Positions 63,157 to 64,000 of a stretch of 64,000 nucleotides of DNA are shown one piece after another (the stretch's first letter is position 1; each line of letters begins with the position of its first letter). The stretch comes from Candidatus Eiseniibacteriota bacterium (GTDB lineage Bacteria; Eisenbacteria; RBG-16-71-46; SZUA-252). The stretch spans positions 2,368,001 through 2,432,000 of the forward strand of contig OY969801.1 of NCBI GenBank assembly GCA_963703225.1. Reading direction: 5' to 3'. Position numbers and translations under genes: made by a program. The notes beneath the pieces were generated by a model. It worked only from the letters and a program-made list of their open reading frames with translations. It did no database searches and was not told the DNA's origin.

Positions 63157-63672
63157 TCACTCGCGGAGGCGCTTCAGCTCCGCCTCGGCGCGCGCGCGCA
63201 GCGCGACCATGTCCTGCTCGGCGGTTGAGCCCGCACCCCAGGGGCCCGGCGCCACGCCCAAGGGACCGGCCGGGACAGGCGCGCGGCGGCGCACCCAGCG
63301 CAGGAGGACGAAGCCGGCAACCGCGAATCCAAGCAGGGTCGCCGCAAAGGGGGCGATCCAGACCACGAGATTGAAGCCCTGTGCTTTGGGCGCCCCGCGA
63401 ATCACCTCTCCGTATTTCGCGACAAGCGACGCGACGATCTGATCCTTGCCCTGGCCCTTCTGGAGCGCGTCCGAGACAAATCCCTGCATCGCCTTCCCGG
63501 TGTCGCACGTGCAACCGCTCAGGATCTCGCCGCAGGAGCAGGGGCAGATGAGCTGGCTCGTGATCTGGCGCGCCGGATCTTTCTTCCCGGAGGACGCCTC
63601 GAAAGCCCTCGCCGCCGAGCTGCTTGCGACCAGCGCCAGGCAGGTCAGGACGGCCACGACCCAGGCTCTCAC
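63157..63672 (-). CDS. ccmH: Cytochrome c biogenesis CcmH-like protein
   Basis: Signal peptide, LICPCSC...C.C, KYGEVI..AP...GFN..VW..P, C-terminal TM. Confidence 0.8.
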   Translation of the reverse strand: MRAWVVAVLTCLALVASSSAARAFEASSGKKDPARQITSQLICPCSCGEILSGCTCDTGKAMQGFVSDALQKGQGKDQIVASLVAKYGEVIRGAPKAQGFNLVVWIAPFAATLLGFAVAGFVLLRWVRRRAPVPAGPLGVAPGPWGAGSTAEQDMVALRARAEAELKRLRE

Positions 63673-64000
63673 TGGAGGAGTTTCTCCTCGCGCTTGAGCC
63701 GCATCCGATCCCCCAGCGCGATCAGGGTTCCCAGGACCATCACCACTCCCCCCAGCCAGACAAAGCTGACCAAGGGATTGATGTAAGCCTGGATGGAGGC
63801 CGAGCCGTCCTCGTTGATACCGCCCAAAATCACGTAGAGGTCCTCGGCGGCGCTGGAACGGAGCGCGACCTCGGTCATCGGCTGCTGCGATTTGGAGTAG
63901 AAGGCCTTCGCGGGGTGCATGACCCCGACCGACCTTCCATCCCGCGCCACGTCGACCGCGGCCCGGGTTTGCACGGCGTTCGCGATCTGCCTCTCCTCGG
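63669..64000 (-). CDS. ccmF: Heme lyase CcmF, C-terminal fragment (continues beyond window)
   Basis: P.KAFY...QPMTEVA.RS...EDLYV.LG...INPLV..VW.GG. Confidence 0.9.
   Translation of the reverse strand, partial: EERQIANAVQTRAAVDVARDGRSVGVMHPAKAFYSKSQQPMTEVALRSSAAEDLYVILGGINEDGSASIQAYINPLVSFVWLGGVVMVLGTLIALGDRMRLKREEKLLQ

Noticed and set aside
1..64000. tRNA, rRNA, IS elements, integrases or prophage genes
   Set aside because: None recognisable; intergenic spaces are short and no transposase or integrase motifs were seen.

Overview
High-GC bacterial chromosomal window from a diderm organism (outer-membrane beta-barrels, Tat/Sec signals, Ccm system I). PNPF/FlgD-Ig C-terminal domains hint at an FCB-related or candidate-phylum lineage, but this is inference only. 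About 24 kb (2.2-25.9 kb) is taken up by two tandem giant secreted repeat proteins. The first is ~4,550 aa with 46 cadherin-like/He_PIG repeats. The second is ~3,280 aa with five 196-aa beta-helix-like repeats, 16 cadherin-like repeats, a Calx-beta domain and an unassigned helical domain. Both end in the same PNPF...ILAR C-terminal domain, and both are preceded by a nearly identical 25-bp CAAC-N2-GTTG/-35 element. The rest is mostly housekeeping: split MetE, Mrp+DUF971+MFS, CopA, a 2-oxoacid dehydrogenase operon with lipB and aspA, two OMPs, TldD/PmbA, PolX, Nth, QueG, MutT, YceI, TrxB, ETF-QO and a ccm cluster. The best candidates for undescribed systems are (i) the co-regulated giant-protein pair, (ii) a ferritin-like/radical SAM/atypical metallophosphoesterase/MFS operon with a divergent ferredoxin-NADP reductase, and (iii) a TldD carrying a twin-arginine signal. 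More than 20 scattered single-base frameshifts, including in conserved genes, most likely reflect long-read consensus errors. I saw no rRNA, tRNA, CRISPR array or mobile element.
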